A stretch of DNA of 64,000 bases from Macrostomum lignano (lineage: Eukaryota). The translations under genes and the position numbers were made by a program. The notes below the pieces were generated by a model that saw only the letters and a list, made by a program, of their open reading frames with translations, was not told where the DNA came from and searched no databases. Of the stretch, positions 13,170-25,740 are shown piece by piece. The DNA lies in assembly GCA_002269645.1 (NCBI GenBank), contig NIVC01001280.1, positions 124,001 to 188,000 of the forward strand, given 5' to 3'. How positions within the stretch are numbered: position 1 is the stretch's first letter; the number at the start of each line of letters is the position of its first letter.

Positions 13170-15653
13170 GTGAGTTCTGTGCGCGTTTCAAAGTCTTGAT
13201 TTTTATTATAATCTGTTACCGGTATAATTTATTGTTTATTTACAAATGACTAGAAGTTTCTAAGTGTGTGCATTGGGATTAGCATGCCTAATAAGCTAAG
13301 CTATTAGATATGAGTATACGAGCGTAGTGCTGTGGGTTGCGGGAGCTGCATGGGACGCTTAGCGCGATGAGATGCAGCGAGAGTGAAGACCATTGCAAGT
13401 GTGGTTGGGGCGGTTGGAGGCAAGAAAGAACTGAGCTTAGTCCAGCCCTCGTTAGCATCGGAGGGGCCTCAAATTGGCGTGTTTGCTCTGCAGTTTGGTC
13501 ATGGGCTGCCTTATTAATTAATTACTATACATGGCTCCGTAACATAGCTAGTAGCTCAACGGCGGCCTCTCGCTTCTGTACCCCTCCATTAGCTCCATCT
13601 CGGTCCAGCCTCTCCCTTCATCAGACTGCCTCTATCCGTCTAGTGCCACTTCATCAGCTGCAACCTGCCTCTTTTCCATCCCACCTTATGAGAGTGGGGC
13701 AGAAACAGGAGGCGAAGTGCTAATCAAGCGATGGAAGCAAGTCACGTACCTCGCTTCTAGTTTTTGTAGAAACAGTAAGGAGAGAGATATTTCGATGGGG
13801 ATATTAACCTTGCTGAGACTCAATAATCATATATAGCTCGTATTTTCGCTCTTCCTCTTTTCTCCTCTCTTTGATCCCCTAAATTTGGACTGCGACTGCA
13901 GATGACAGTAGCAGAGGCACTTAAGTCCCGAAATTTTCCACCGATTGAGATTGTGATCATCATAGGGAAAGCTGGCGGGATGGAGAAAGCAGGTCAAAAG
14001 CAACATTGCGCAAAGCCGAGTTTTGGTCAGTGATTTTTGCAGCTTGATTGCAGTCGCAGGTAGTTCCAGTAACGCCTCAGGAGATTGGCCTGTCTAACGG
14101 TAGAATGAAGTTCTCAAAGCCTTCTGCTTGCAAATGAACTTCTCAAATTGGATTATTTATTGCCAGTTCGCTAGCCTTTGGCTTCCCCAATCAGACAGTG
14201 TTGGGAAGCCCGTTGAACTTTCGCACGACGCAGCCAAGTGGCCCGACAGGTGGCATTTATTTTTATCCTCTTATCTCAGGAGCAGCCCACTTCCTCCATC
14301 TAAGCTCTGAGCTCCGCTTCTCCTTCAATTGAGAAGACTCAGCCATGCCCATCCCACTGCTCTAAAGATTGCCCTAGGGACAAAAAGGTCAAGTTCTCCC
14401 CCTGCCTCCATCGCTTCCTGACACTGCAAAGCCAACTCGATGGAGGACCCTTCACCCTGGGCAGAGTTCATTCTTTATGGACAGTCAAACTTGATTGGCA
14501 TCTCTGCGGAAGCCTTTGATGCTTTTTATACTGCAGGCAACCAGGCTTTCCAGTACAATTCTGCCACCGCATGTACTTGTGCTGACCTTGCGCAGCAGGA
14601 TTGAAACTCAGCTTCTCAGGAATTTGAAGCTAACAATCAGCTCTGTATCAGTAAAACTATTAAAGTGGAATTCCTGAGCCCTGACAAGTTTTGCTGCACC
14701 CAAGTGGAGAGCCGATGGAAAGAAGTTTTTAAAACTGTTTTTTGCGTTATTCCGAATAAAAGTCTGAACTTTCCCGTTGAAGTTCCCGTAGGTCCGTCAT
14801 GTTTTTTGGTGGCTAGAAAGCCGTACGCGATGTACTCGTACGATGCTTAAGTGCTCGACTCAGCATTTTAGCACCCTTGAAAGACTAAAAAATCTGTAGC
14901 AATTCAATTCAATCTTTCAAAAATATTTGTTTTCAAATTTGAGTTTTTGCAAAACTGTCAGCAAAAATATAGATACTCGTAGTTAATTTTGAAGGTGCAC
15001 ATTAACTGGTCGCCACCTGCGCTGCTTCATCCAGGTGCAGCAAAACGTCAAAGGGGTGCAATGCCTCCTTGGTATTTTGCGGGGTGGAAATGGTCAAGCT
15101 ATATTGTATGAGGACCTGGTCGTGAAGCCCCTAGTTTATATTGAACTTCTAATTTCTGGGACTGACAACATAAGACGCCCTTTAGCAGCTTTCTAAAAGC
15201 AAACAGTGAACAAGGGAGAGAAAGGTAAAAACCTACTTTGCTTTCGCATCACATGACATTAATCTTGAAGAGGTTCACAAGATTTGGGCTGGCGAGGAGT
15301 TTGAGTGCAGATGCACCCAAGGTCTGGCGCCGCCCCACCCTCGACATACGAGCGAATTTACACGTGTATATGAGCTGGTATATTGATAATTTATTGTCCA
15401 TCAGAAACTGTATGTCAGAAATTATAATTCAGCGACGTAGGCAGACGACAAGCAGGGACGCAAACCCCATCTGCATGGCCACACCCTCAGCTAATTTGTC
15501 TCACATCTCACAGATGACAAGAAGTACGCCAAAGTTAAATATAATTTTAATTAATCAAATGAAAAAACACTGTTTTCAACTATTCTAGCGATAAAGACTG
15601 GAAGATGCGTAATTCCTTCTACAGCAAGGGTTTATTTCAAATCACATCCACAG

Positions 15654-16820
15654 AACCACCGCCGGAATTCGCGCCCGTTCCAATGCCAGAGGCTTTTGAC
15701 AATCCAGGGTTGTCCGAGTGGCCACCACCGCTTCTGCAGGACGAATTCGGACGCCCTTTAGGTCGCCGGCAGCAGCTACTGCAACAGCAACAGCAATTGC
15801 AACTTCTGCAGCAACAGCAGCAGCAGCAGCAGCAGCAGCTGTTCAACCAAAGTTCAGCGAGACAAATGAGTACAGAATCCTTAGCTTCAGGGCTTCACCC
15901 CTTCGAAGCCTCCCATCCGCTGCTGGCGGGTGCCTATGCGCTACCCGCGGGCTTGGCCAGGCACTCTACTGCATCTTCGACACAAACCAGCCATCCGCCA
16001 CCTGTCGCTGCAACCGCTGCTAGAACTACCAAAGAGGATGTGCTGAATCTCAAGGGTGCACAGAAGTTCCGAGTAAAGGACTGGGAGCTGGCCCGCTTCT
16101 CTTCCAAGGTCAACAAGCTTGAGTTCCGACCCTGCTCATCTGACCGCAGTGCAAAGTCGCCGGCTCAGCTCGGGCTGGCCGGAGTTGATGGAGTCCTTCG
16201 GGTTCATGTGATCGCGGGAGTGGGGCTGCACTCGTCCCAGTCTCTGCTGCGGGATCTTTATTGCCTACTGGAGCTTGACTCCACCCGGGTGGCCCGATCC
16301 ATGATCCGCACCAGCACGGACTGCTTCGAATGGGACGAGCAGTTTGACATTTTTTGCTCCGGAGCCCGTGGCCTCGGCTTCCTGCTGTACCAATGGGACC
16401 CTCGGAGCAAGCATCGACTGTGCTTCTATGGAAACGTGAACCTGGTGTCCCTTCTGTCTTCATTTCGGCAGCGCTACATCAAGTCAGAGAAGATTGCTCT
16501 CAGCCTTGAGCCGAAGGGCCAGCTTTACTTTGAAGTGACTTTCGCAGAAGTTCCTGATGTTTTTTGCCGAGAGCCAGCCCAGCGCATTGGAGTGTTTGGC
16601 GTCCCGCTCGATTTACTGGCGCGTCGAGAGAAGAGCTCCATCCCCATGCTTGTGCGCAAGTGCATTGATGAGGTGGAGCGACGTGGGCTCGAGGTGGCAG
16701 GAATTTACCGTCTATGTGGCTCTTCCCGCAACAAGCAGCCGGTCAGGGAGGCCCTTGACCGCAGTGCTGCCGAGGCTGACGTTTCAGCAGAAAAAGTTCC
16801 CGATATTCACGCCGTCACCG
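15654..16820 (+). CDS. syd-1: Syd-1/RhoGAP100F-like, exon 2 (poly-Q, C2 domain, start of RhoGAP)
   Basis: CAG acceptor in phase 1; C2 motif GVLRVHVIAG..LRDLYC..FEWDEQF; RhoGAP start GVFGVPL..IPMLVRKCIDEVERRGLEVAGIYRLCGS; GTAAGA donor at 16821. Confidence 0.9.
15770..15838 (+). repeat. Coding CAG/CAA-rich repeat (poly-Gln tract)
   Basis: Run of CAG/CAA codons encoding QQLLQQQQQLQLLQQQQQQQQQQ. Confidence 0.9.
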
Positions 16821-16936
16821 GTAAGATGCTGTTAAGCGCAGCTATCTTAAACTTTTTTCTCTGATTTGCAAAATTAGCTATTAAGATTAGCAAAGTTAGC
16901 TGGATTGAAAGTGTTGATACTCATATTTCATTGCAG

Positions 16937-17097
16937 GAGTTCTGAAGGACTTTCTGTGCGAGTTGCCCGAGCCGCTGTTCACCAACGCACTGTACCGAAT
17001 GATGCTGGATGCTCTGCAGGTGCGGCTGCCCGGAGACCCAAAAGGCGGGGCGAAGCTCATGCTCAGCATCCTTGATTGCCTACCGCCTGCTAATCAG
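16937..17097 (+). CDS. syd-1: Syd-1/RhoGAP100F-like, exon 3 (RhoGAP)
   Basis: TTGCAG acceptor; GVLKDFLCELPEPLFTNALYRMMLDAL...LDCLPPANQ; GTGAGC donor. Confidence 0.92.
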
Positions 17098-20000
17098 GTG
17101 AGCATGAATTCTTTTTTCCGAGGTTGACATATTACTTATCGTCTTGCCTCTTTCAATTGCTCAGGTAAATTTTCAGATATAACATGTGCGAAATCGATTT
17201 CCCTGCAATCTGCTACGCCAGAGAGAGCGTTGCGTGAAACTAGACCTCTTCACTATCTTAGCCTTCCACAATTTTCTTCTAAAACGATTTTCTCCAGTGA
17301 ACTCCGCTAAGTAACAAAGTATGCGCTTTTTGGAGTGTGCTCGTATTTCTGTACCAGACTCAGTTGCGCGTGAAGATTTTAGATGGTGGAATGGGATAAA
17401 TGGCGGCTAATTCCCAGATTCTGCTCGCTTCGTCACAAGAGTCGGAAAGACGTTTCAGATTGTTCTTTTAGCTTCTTTTTCAAGATTACAATACCACGTA
17501 CGCTCGTAGTTAGGTAGATCGATCGTATAGGTAAAAAATGCGTCTCATAAAGTTTCAGCACAGATTTTACACAAACCAATAAGATAACTTTATGTGGAGA
17601 ACCGCTTGAGCAATGCCTCGTTCTTATCCCAACATTTTGATAAATTTTGTGTTTTCAACAATACTAGTCAGCCATCCGCAAGTACGCAAGTACAGGAGGT
17701 ATCACAATAGGGTGAAAATCTGGCTGGTTTATATAATACAGTACACAATGAAGTACATTTTGGAATAGCTCACTTTTTCAGCGCCCTTTCAGAAAATTTT
17801 AATGGACAGCTGATTAACAGACAGTGACATTAACATAGAGATTCGGGGGAGAACAGCGAGTCCTGAGTCTCCGTGTCAGGCTATACAAGCTGATGTTCTA
17901 CTGACTATAACATTGAATGGCCTGATTGGTTACTGCCTTCAGTCGGGCCCAGCCTGCTCTGCTATCTGACGGGCCTGGCCTTCTTGTCCAGCCTGTAGCT
18001 GCACCAGCAGAAACTGCACAACATTTCTCATTGAAGAACACCATTCTCATCCATCCAACAAGTGCGCCTGCATCGGAAATACAGCGCTACTGGCTGCAGA
18101 ATTAGGCGCGCTAAATTAGCAATAGTCTGTCATTCTTAGTGCGAGAACTGCAATGAAGTGCTATAAATTAGCCAGTAAAGCGAAGAGATCTTTAAGCAAA
18201 ACAGGGAGGTTTCGCGCTCCAACCAAGGTCTCCACGCCTGTCAGCTGTCTTACCTTGATCCTGTTGTTCAGGCAACTGGCGTGGTCGACTGAATATCTCG
18301 AAAGATTGCAATAAAATGTCACAAACATAAGTGCGAAAGAGAATTGGTCATAAAGCGTGTAGAAAAGTTGTAAATCTTAAAAACGCTAAAATAGCTTTAA
18401 AGCCAATGAAAAAAGCCTTATGGGAAATACTAAAGCATTATTCTCAAAAGACCTAGTGGTATAGACCCGTATCGTATAGATACATATACTGATAACATAA
18501 TTGTCAATGTACTTTAGCATTTTATGGGAAATAAAATGTGAACAATAAAATATGCTACTTAAGAACAGACTAAAACATTTAAAGGAAATTCTAAGATTGA
18601 GCAGTGCATTGTAGGGTTAGTCGCTCGAAAACCGGCAGCTAGAAGGCCGGAAGCAAAAGGACTTGGGTATAGAAGCCTTGAGGCCCTTTCAATAAGACAG
18701 CCATGACTCAAAGCTTGGTAGGTCAAAATTGTGGTATGTCTCTCCCCCGCCCCGCCAGTGCAGCCCCCAAGCTTTAGTTTCTCCGCGCGCGTGCCGAGGG
18801 CCCGTGTAAGCCGCCTCACCCTGGCGTCTTCAGCCCTGCGTCTCCAACCCATTTTTGTGAGCCCTCGGGCTGCAGGCCTCCCAGTGATTGGTCAGAGCCA
18901 TTAGTCTGGTTTTATCTGGTCTCGTCAAGCGTTGGGATTGGTTGAGCGTACCCTCCATCGCGCAGTTTTGCAATGATGACTTGAATGGCTGCTCTAAGCC
19001 TTGTGTTTGTCATCTAATCTTTTCTGCACTGGACCCGGGCGGCCCGCCTTTTTTGGACCCCTGCAAGCCTGTCTTTATGTGATGGCCCGCCCCGGCTTAT
19101 CCTGTGTCACGTCCGTCCTGTGGAGAAATATACTGGCTGCATCCGTGCGTCAGGATCCGTAAGATTTCCGTTGTACTGTTCCTTCGAGGCTGTCTGCTTA
19201 GAGCCTAGGCGGGATTGGAGCATCATACGGGTGCTAGAGACGTTCGAGCCGCTCGAGTTGTCTAATCTCACTGACCTCGAGTGGATTGGCGGCCGCAGTG
19301 ACGGTCGAGCCCACGGTGGAGTACACGAGCCCGGAAACGGAGGGGAGACTATAGCTAGGATCTTTCCCATCACAACAATATCAATTCAAAACAATTTTTT
19401 TTGCTGAGACTCGTCAATACTCGCAAAAACTCGTCAATACCCTTGCACGCTCGTGTCATCCTCGTCACTTTGCTTTCGCGTGTAGCTCGTATGATTGATA
19501 GTGTTTAGTTTTTATAGTCCAGTGCAGGCATTAGATTGGATCAAAACTATCCAGAAAAAACCCTGGACTACGCAGACCCTAACCGTAACTTTTCAATGCC
19601 TGCATTATCTGAAATGTCTGAAATTCACTTATTCAGTCCTCATTCAGCAGATCATCAGGTGGGGGCACAGGCCCTCTTACTAAGCCCTGGAAGAGGACAA
19701 AGAAGCCACGCATGCAAGGCGCTGCATGTAAGCTTTGACTTACACCGGCGCGGAATGTTTCTTATACGAGCTAGAAGTCTTATATCTAGAGGCAGACTGC
19801 ATGTAAGCAGCTACTCCATTAGAGACCAACAAAAATAGGAAAGTATTCCGGACCAAATGTAAGCAGAGTATAGTAGCGGGCGGTGGCGCGCAAGAGAGGC
19901 ATCAACGCCTGTCCCTGCGGGAACTGCACTCCACCAGTGTGCAACAATGCTGACATTCAATAAGAGATAATGAGCACGAGAACGAGAACAAAGATTGCAC

Positions 20001-20618
20001 ATGTACATGCATGCGGAGGCAGCCAGCTCAGTTGCTTCAATAAAAATTTTGAGCTGAGATAAGTAATAAATGGAGTTTGAAGAATGGGATTTTCGTTTAA
20101 AAGTTTTCTTTCTCTACAGAATAGCTCGTGAGCAGTAGCAGTACGAGCCTTATAAGCAGTAGCTCTGACTGCTCTGGCTGGTTTCATCCATCACTCTCCG
20201 CTTGGGTGAATTGAGTGAAACTTTTAAATAAAATTAAAAAACTTATCTTCATGGTGCGATTGAGTTGCAGGCCGCATGTATTCTTGGTATTAGGTCAGAA
20301 AGACAGCACGGGTAGATTTTTGTATTGAGCAGTGTCCAAGCTCATATCAACTTGCGCATTTCAGCTGATGAAGGTGAATCGTTCTTCTGAATTATTTTTT
20401 CATTTTGCCGCTCGAATATCGAGGAAAGGAGACAGTAAAAAATTTCCCATGGGTGAAATCGGCACCTGTTGCATGTGCATGGGATTGGAAAGATGTGAGG
20501 AAGAGGGTGGGAAGGAGATCTACGCTGAACGATGTGCATTTGCACTAGTTTCAACTAAAAGCAAAATAAAGCACAGTAATGAATAAGCTAATGAATCCAA
20601 TCTCCTGTTTTGCTGCAG

Positions 20619-20832
20619 GAAACCCTCCTACTCCTACTGGACCACTTGAAGCGAGTTGCCGCGAAGGCGGATGTCAACAAAATGACCACCGGGCAGCTCG
20701 CAACATGTCTTGGCCCTCTGCTTCTCTTCCCCTCCCCTGACGCAGCCAGGCAGATGGACCCTGAAATTTTGCGACTCGACAGAATGAGCGACGTGCTCAA
20801 GTACATCCTCGAGATCTGGACCGAGAATAAAG
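20619..20832 (+). CDS. syd-1: Syd-1/RhoGAP100F-like, exon 4 (RhoGAP end)
   Basis: ETLLLLLDHLKRVAAKADVNKMTTGQLATCLGPLL...VLKYILEIW; phase-0 acceptor, GTGAGG donor. Confidence 0.92.
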
Positions 20833-21100
20833 GTGAGGCTTTGTCCTGTCCCTATCTGTTATCCTTTCCTGGAAAATTGAAAATATACATGTCTATAACA
20901 CCGACAATACACTGTCTATGCAGCAAGAATATAAGCGTGCTTTGATATTCAAGACATTCGCCCCGGCCAAATAGTTGCATATGTACTGAGTCTGTCGGGC
21001 TGAGTCAGCTAAGAGCTGGAACCATAGGAGAGACATTAGAGCATTGAGCGCTAAAAATGAGCGTCGAACCTTCCGACTTATCCCACCTGTTCTCTTATAG

Positions 21101-21357
21101 AAGGCAGAGGCAGCACTACCTCGGCAGCCTCACAGTCCCACCGCGGCCGACCGGTGTCGGCTCCAAACCAAGCGGGGGTCGGCCAACAGCAGCAAACGCA
21201 GCACCAGCCGCCGCAGCAGCAATACCGCAGCAGCTCGATGACAAGGGTGCCAGCGGGACAGAGCAGTTCCAGAAGGCGCTTTCAGCTTGGACCCGCCGGC
21301 ACTCGCTCAGTGAGCTGCGATAGGCGCAGCTATCACGGGGAGATGGACACGGTGTAA
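21101..21357 (+). CDS. syd-1: Syd-1/RhoGAP100F-like, terminal exon 5
   Basis: CTCTTATAG acceptor; phase 1 continues to ...YHGEMDTV-stop. Joined CDS is 3069 nt (1022 aa). Confidence 0.75.
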
Positions 21358-22981
21358 CAAACAGTTACAGTTATTGTGCATCAGTTAAACGATATTTTAC
21401 ATGACCTGACCAGAAAAACGAGATGGAAAGCGATGTGACCCCAATCTGCAGCTGTAGATAAATTGGACACAGTTACGTGTGCGTCAATCAGCAGCTAATG
21501 AACACATGCAACGACTGTAAACCAGAATATTTACAATAACGGTTGCATTCAGAGAACGAAAAAAATATTGAGCAGAAGCGCATCTAAGAGTAGCTGTTCC
21601 TGCCCAATACGCGCTAGTATTTGTTCTTCCAACAGGCATCGGTGACAACTTCGGGTGCACAGTGAAGATAGAGCTGCATAAGCAACTCTCCCCATTACCA
21701 TCCAAATGGGTCCACACAGCATGCAAAACCGTTCTAACTACTGGGGTACAAATCCCTGATCCTCTCATCAGAAAAGAATGGTGTTCCCCGTTAGTTGCAC
21801 ATGTACATGCAGATTTCATTACATCAAATTTCACGAAATCTCATTTCAGCCAGGCCATCAATCCCGTAGTCGTTTTACTTTATCGGTCGTAGAGAAGTAA
21901 TATGCTAAAACCTCTTCAAAAATCCAACTGATTTGAGCTCATATTCGAACTATGCTGTATTTACTTTTGGCAATCACTGTCTAGTAGGAAATAATTATTT
22001 TTGTCTTTAGTTTCAAAGCCACTGCCATAGCTAGAGACAACAATATTTTGTCAGAAATATTAAAACTACTGAGGAGTCCATGTTTGCATGTTGCATGACG
22101 ATACTTGTATGAAATTAAAACTTAAGGTTCTCATTTAGTAAGTGCGTTGTAAAATACACTATGACCGCAATTGGTCTTAAAATATTCTTTGAATTGAGAG
22201 ATTGCAACACGAGCGTAAAGGTGCAATCAGAATGAAATGCACGAAGCGCTGGTCTGTTGGCCCTAGAAAATATCATCTGAACTCTAAACAGATGAACGGT
22301 GCAGAAAACCAGCTGCACCAGAACTTTCACATTTCAACCCAAGCCAGTGGCTTGGAGATTTCGGAGGTACCAAAACGTAAAAGCATGCACTTTTGTCTGC
22401 ATCGGCCTTGCACGGCCGAGCGTAGAATTTTCGTTCATTTTTTTATCAAATCGACGGATCTGACTCTCAGTCTGACTTTCAAGATGATTTTTTGTCTCTG
22501 CAGAAGTTGCCTGTGCCTTTGAATGATTTTGGTGAGCGCTGACGTTTGACTCTGAATCGCTGAAAGTAAAATATTATACTGGACAGCGGCTCCCATTATT
22601 TGCTTTCTATAAAAGTTGAAAAAATCGCGCAACCAACACATCGCTATAGATGTGCAGGTTGTTCAAACCCTGGACATATCGAAAATAGGATAGGAGTACC
22701 GTCGAGTCCCAATGGCTTTTTAGTTCATGTAGGAAAATAATTAATTTGCAATCACTGCACAAAGACATTAATAGCCATAAATAGAATTTCTGCCGATCTT
22801 GGATCTTGAAAAAACAGGAAAAGAAAGATTGTTACTTTACGCATAGAAACCTTGGTGTTTCCATCAGGTTTAATTATGATGAAGAATAACTTAAGGGATA
22901 ACAGACCAAAGATTCTGTTTCAGCAGGACTCAACACTAATGACAGCAACCATATTGACGTAAACTAAAATACAAACAATTG

Positions 22982-23332
22982 TTAAACTCCTTCCTTAACT
23001 GTCTGAGCTTGCCCAGCCCTAGCAGCATCAGCAGAGCAACATGTGGCGTTAGGGCAGCCTGTGAGGCCGTGGCAGCCGCAAGATTGTTGCTGTTCGCTGG
23101 CGCCAACTAAAGCAGAGGCAGTCCGGGTAGCTGCGGTCCGGCCGACTCTGCCAATGCGGTTGGCCCTGTGATTGGGCGTCCAATCACCGAGGCTTTCGTA
23201 GGCGTAGAAATCGGTGGGGTAGTCGATGCTCGGCGACGGCGCCTCGCCCAGAAGCGCGCATAGCTCGTAGGGCGTCAGCAACGGCTTGGGGAACTCAGCG
23301 CCCCAGTCCACCGACAGGCGGGGACAGGCCAC
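22982..23332 (-). CDS. DPH1: Diphthamide biosynthesis protein 1, terminal exon
   Basis: [23 protein letters not shown]...[15 protein letters not shown] matches the DPH1 C-terminus; TTTACAG acceptor, phase 0 joins WVQ. Confidence 0.93.
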   Translation of the reverse strand: MACPRLSVDWGAEFPKPLLTPYELCALLGEAPSPSIDYPTDFYAYESLGDWTPNHRANRIGRVGRTAATRTASALVGASEQQQSCGCHGLTGCPNATCCSADAARAGQAQTVKEGV

Positions 23333-23848
23333 CTGTAAAGGAGACGAGCTTAAATGCTACTGAGATAGCAAAAATAGTCACCTGCTTAGGGCATATGGGG
23401 ACTGCAGCTTTTAAAAATTGGTTTAATATACTACGATGAAGGGCTGCAATAATTGACCTTTAAGAATATCAGCAATACTTTACAAAAATAGTGCGGGCAC
23501 AAAAATGATCCGGAATTTCTATCAGAGCTCTGCGACACATTGCTCTTTGATGCGAATTTTATATAACACCGCAACGAAATAGTCATACGTATTTGACTTT
23601 TATATCCCACTGGTAATACGCTACATTAAACATTTCTCTTAAAATTGAGAAATGGCGGCGGAGACAAGCCGGGCCGGGTGCAGAGGATTTAAGCTGGCCG
23701 GAGCGGCCAACACCCCCACACCTCAACCTCAGAGTACAGCGATATGTACAGCCATACATGCGCAACTTCTGAAATTACGCTGGCCGTGCGACTTAGTTTT
23801 CGATAAAAAATGCGACTTACCTGTAAAAGAGCCAAGCAAAAACTTTAG

Positions 23849-23915
23849 GTAAACGGCAGGAGTAACTATGACCATATTTTAAAAGCTAAATGCCTCGCCA
23901 GCTAATTAGTGCTGC
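23849..23915 (+). pseudogene. Degenerate fragment of eukaryotic 28S rRNA (helix 69-71 region, R2 target site)
   Basis: GTAAACGGCAGGAGTAACTATGAC...AGCTAAATGCCTCGCCAGCTAATTAGTG aligns without gaps to the universal GTAAACGGCGGGAGTAACTATGACTCTCTTAAGGTAGCCAAATGCCTCGTCATCTAATTAGTG at about 80% identity. Confidence 0.8.
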
Positions 23916-24344
23916 GTGCAGATTCCGCGTTTTTATAACAGCTAATCAGTGTCATCTAGTGGCGGCATGAAGCAATTAGTAAATTGTCAGTACAGTGTAG
24001 TGAGCATACTACAAAAGTCATGATTCATGAATGTCCAGAAGTAAGTGAAGTGAATACAGTGTGACCTATAGCTCAAGAACGATTTGCTAGACGATTTGGC
24101 ATGGAAGATGAGAGCCCTGATTCAGATGGCTCATCAGATGCAGAATACGAATCCAGTAAAGATACAAGCTGTGAAAACCCACAGATTTTTAAACCACTGA
24201 ATTCTAATTCCCGGAACTATTTTTGCATAGATTCTAAATTTGAAGTCATGCTCAAACAAAAACTTGTTAACAGTTAGGAAAAAGGCAAAGATGGGAGTAA
24301 TGCATGTTAAAAACTAAGATTTGAGGCCTTTGCAAATTCTCTCC

Positions 24345-24955
24345 ATTCCTCAATCTTCTCATCCTCTTTTTCTTTTCTCTCTCATCCCTTATCCCTTCTC
24401 TCTTTCCTCTCCTCTCCTATCTCTTCTGTCTCCTCTCTACATTTTTATCTCTCCTCTCGTCTCTCTCCATTCCACTTTACTCTCTCATCTTATCTCTCCT
24501 CTCTTTTCTACTCTCTCATCTCTCCTTTCTTCACTCTCCTCTCATCTCCTCTTTATCCTCTCTTCTCTCATCTACTCTCTCCTCTTTCCTCTTTCCTCTC
24601 TTCTGATCTCATCCATCATCTTTTCTTTCCTCTTTCCTCTCATCTCCTCTTCTCTCTCATCTCTTTTTCCTCCCTCAGCTTTTCTCTCCTTTTCTATCTT
24701 TTCTCCCATCGCATCGCTCGCCTCTCCTCTGTTTGCTTATCTCTAATCTTCTATTCCCTCTACTTTGAAGTAAGAAAATATGCACATATTTTTGCTGAAG
24801 ATAAGAGGAGAGAAGAGGGCATTGAGGAGAAAGGGTAGAGAGAAAGGGGAGAAGAGAGGAGAGTAAAAATGAGAGGAGAGAGAAGAGGGAAAAGGGGGAG
24901 AGAGAGAAGAGGGGAGGCAAGGTAGAGAAGAAGAGAGAGATGAGAGTTGAAGAGA
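24345..24955. repeat. Low-complexity CT-rich tract (about 24345-24760) followed by a GA-rich tract (about 24803-24955)
   Basis: Direct reading: TCTC/TCCTC runs followed by GAGA/GAGGA runs. Confidence 0.9.
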
Positions 24956-25189
24956 CACCAACCTTGCTACTCGTAGTTAGGAAGTTTCAAAGAACCCGAG
25001 GGGCGAGGGCCAGATAGAGGGGCTTCGCAAGCCGGAGTTTGCCGACCCTTGCTCCAGAGTTTAAGAAATCAATGGGAAACTGTTGACGCGGGCTTCTGAT
25101 TTCAAAGATCTTGTCTGTTGTTGAAGGCTTCTATTCTGTTTTTGCTCTCCTACCACACTTGCACCTACTACCCCCTGATTGCCTCTGAT

Positions 25190-25740
25190 TGTGACTTACT
25201 TCCCTCTTATTGCGACTTAGTTGCTTCTTTCTGCGACTTACCTAATCCTTTTTGCGACTTACCTAATCCTTTTGCGACTTACCTAATCCTTTTGCGACTT
25301 ACCTAACCCTTTGCGACTTACCGAATCCTTTTTGCGACTTACCTAATCCTTATGCGACTTACCTAATCCTTTTGCGACTTACCTAACCCTTTTGCGACTT
25401 ACCTAATCCTTTTTGCGACTTACTTAATCCTTTTTGCGACTTACCTAATCCTTTTTGCGAGTTACCTAATCCTTTTGCGACTTAGCTGATCCTTTTGCGA
25501 CTTACCTGATTCTTTTTGCAACTTACCTAATCTTTTTTGCGACTTACCTAATCCTTTTTGGGACTTATCTAATCCTTTTTGGGACTTACCTAATCCTTTT
25601 TGCGACTTACCTAACCCTTTTGCGACTTACCTGATCCTTTTTGTGACATAGTTTGCTTCTTTTGCGACTTACCTGATTCCTGTTGCGACTTACCAGTACC
25701 TGATTATTTTTACAACTTAGAGTTAGTTTGCTTCTTTTGC
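25190..25740. repeat. Minisatellite, 20-22 bp unit TTTTGCGACTTACCTAATCC, roughly two dozen copies
   Basis: Head-to-tail imperfect copies; the GCGACTTAC core also occurs near both hAT ends (about 23812 and 25849). Confidence 0.95.

Noticed and set aside
17100-20600. GC-richer blocks in RhoGAP intron 3 (about 18640-19400) as a possible element
   Set aside because: No TIR, TSD, tail or protein motif found by eye.
25190-25740. Regularly spaced repeats suggestive of a CRISPR array
   Set aside because: Units are head-to-tail with no unique spacers, there are no cas genes, and the context is a eukaryotic intron.
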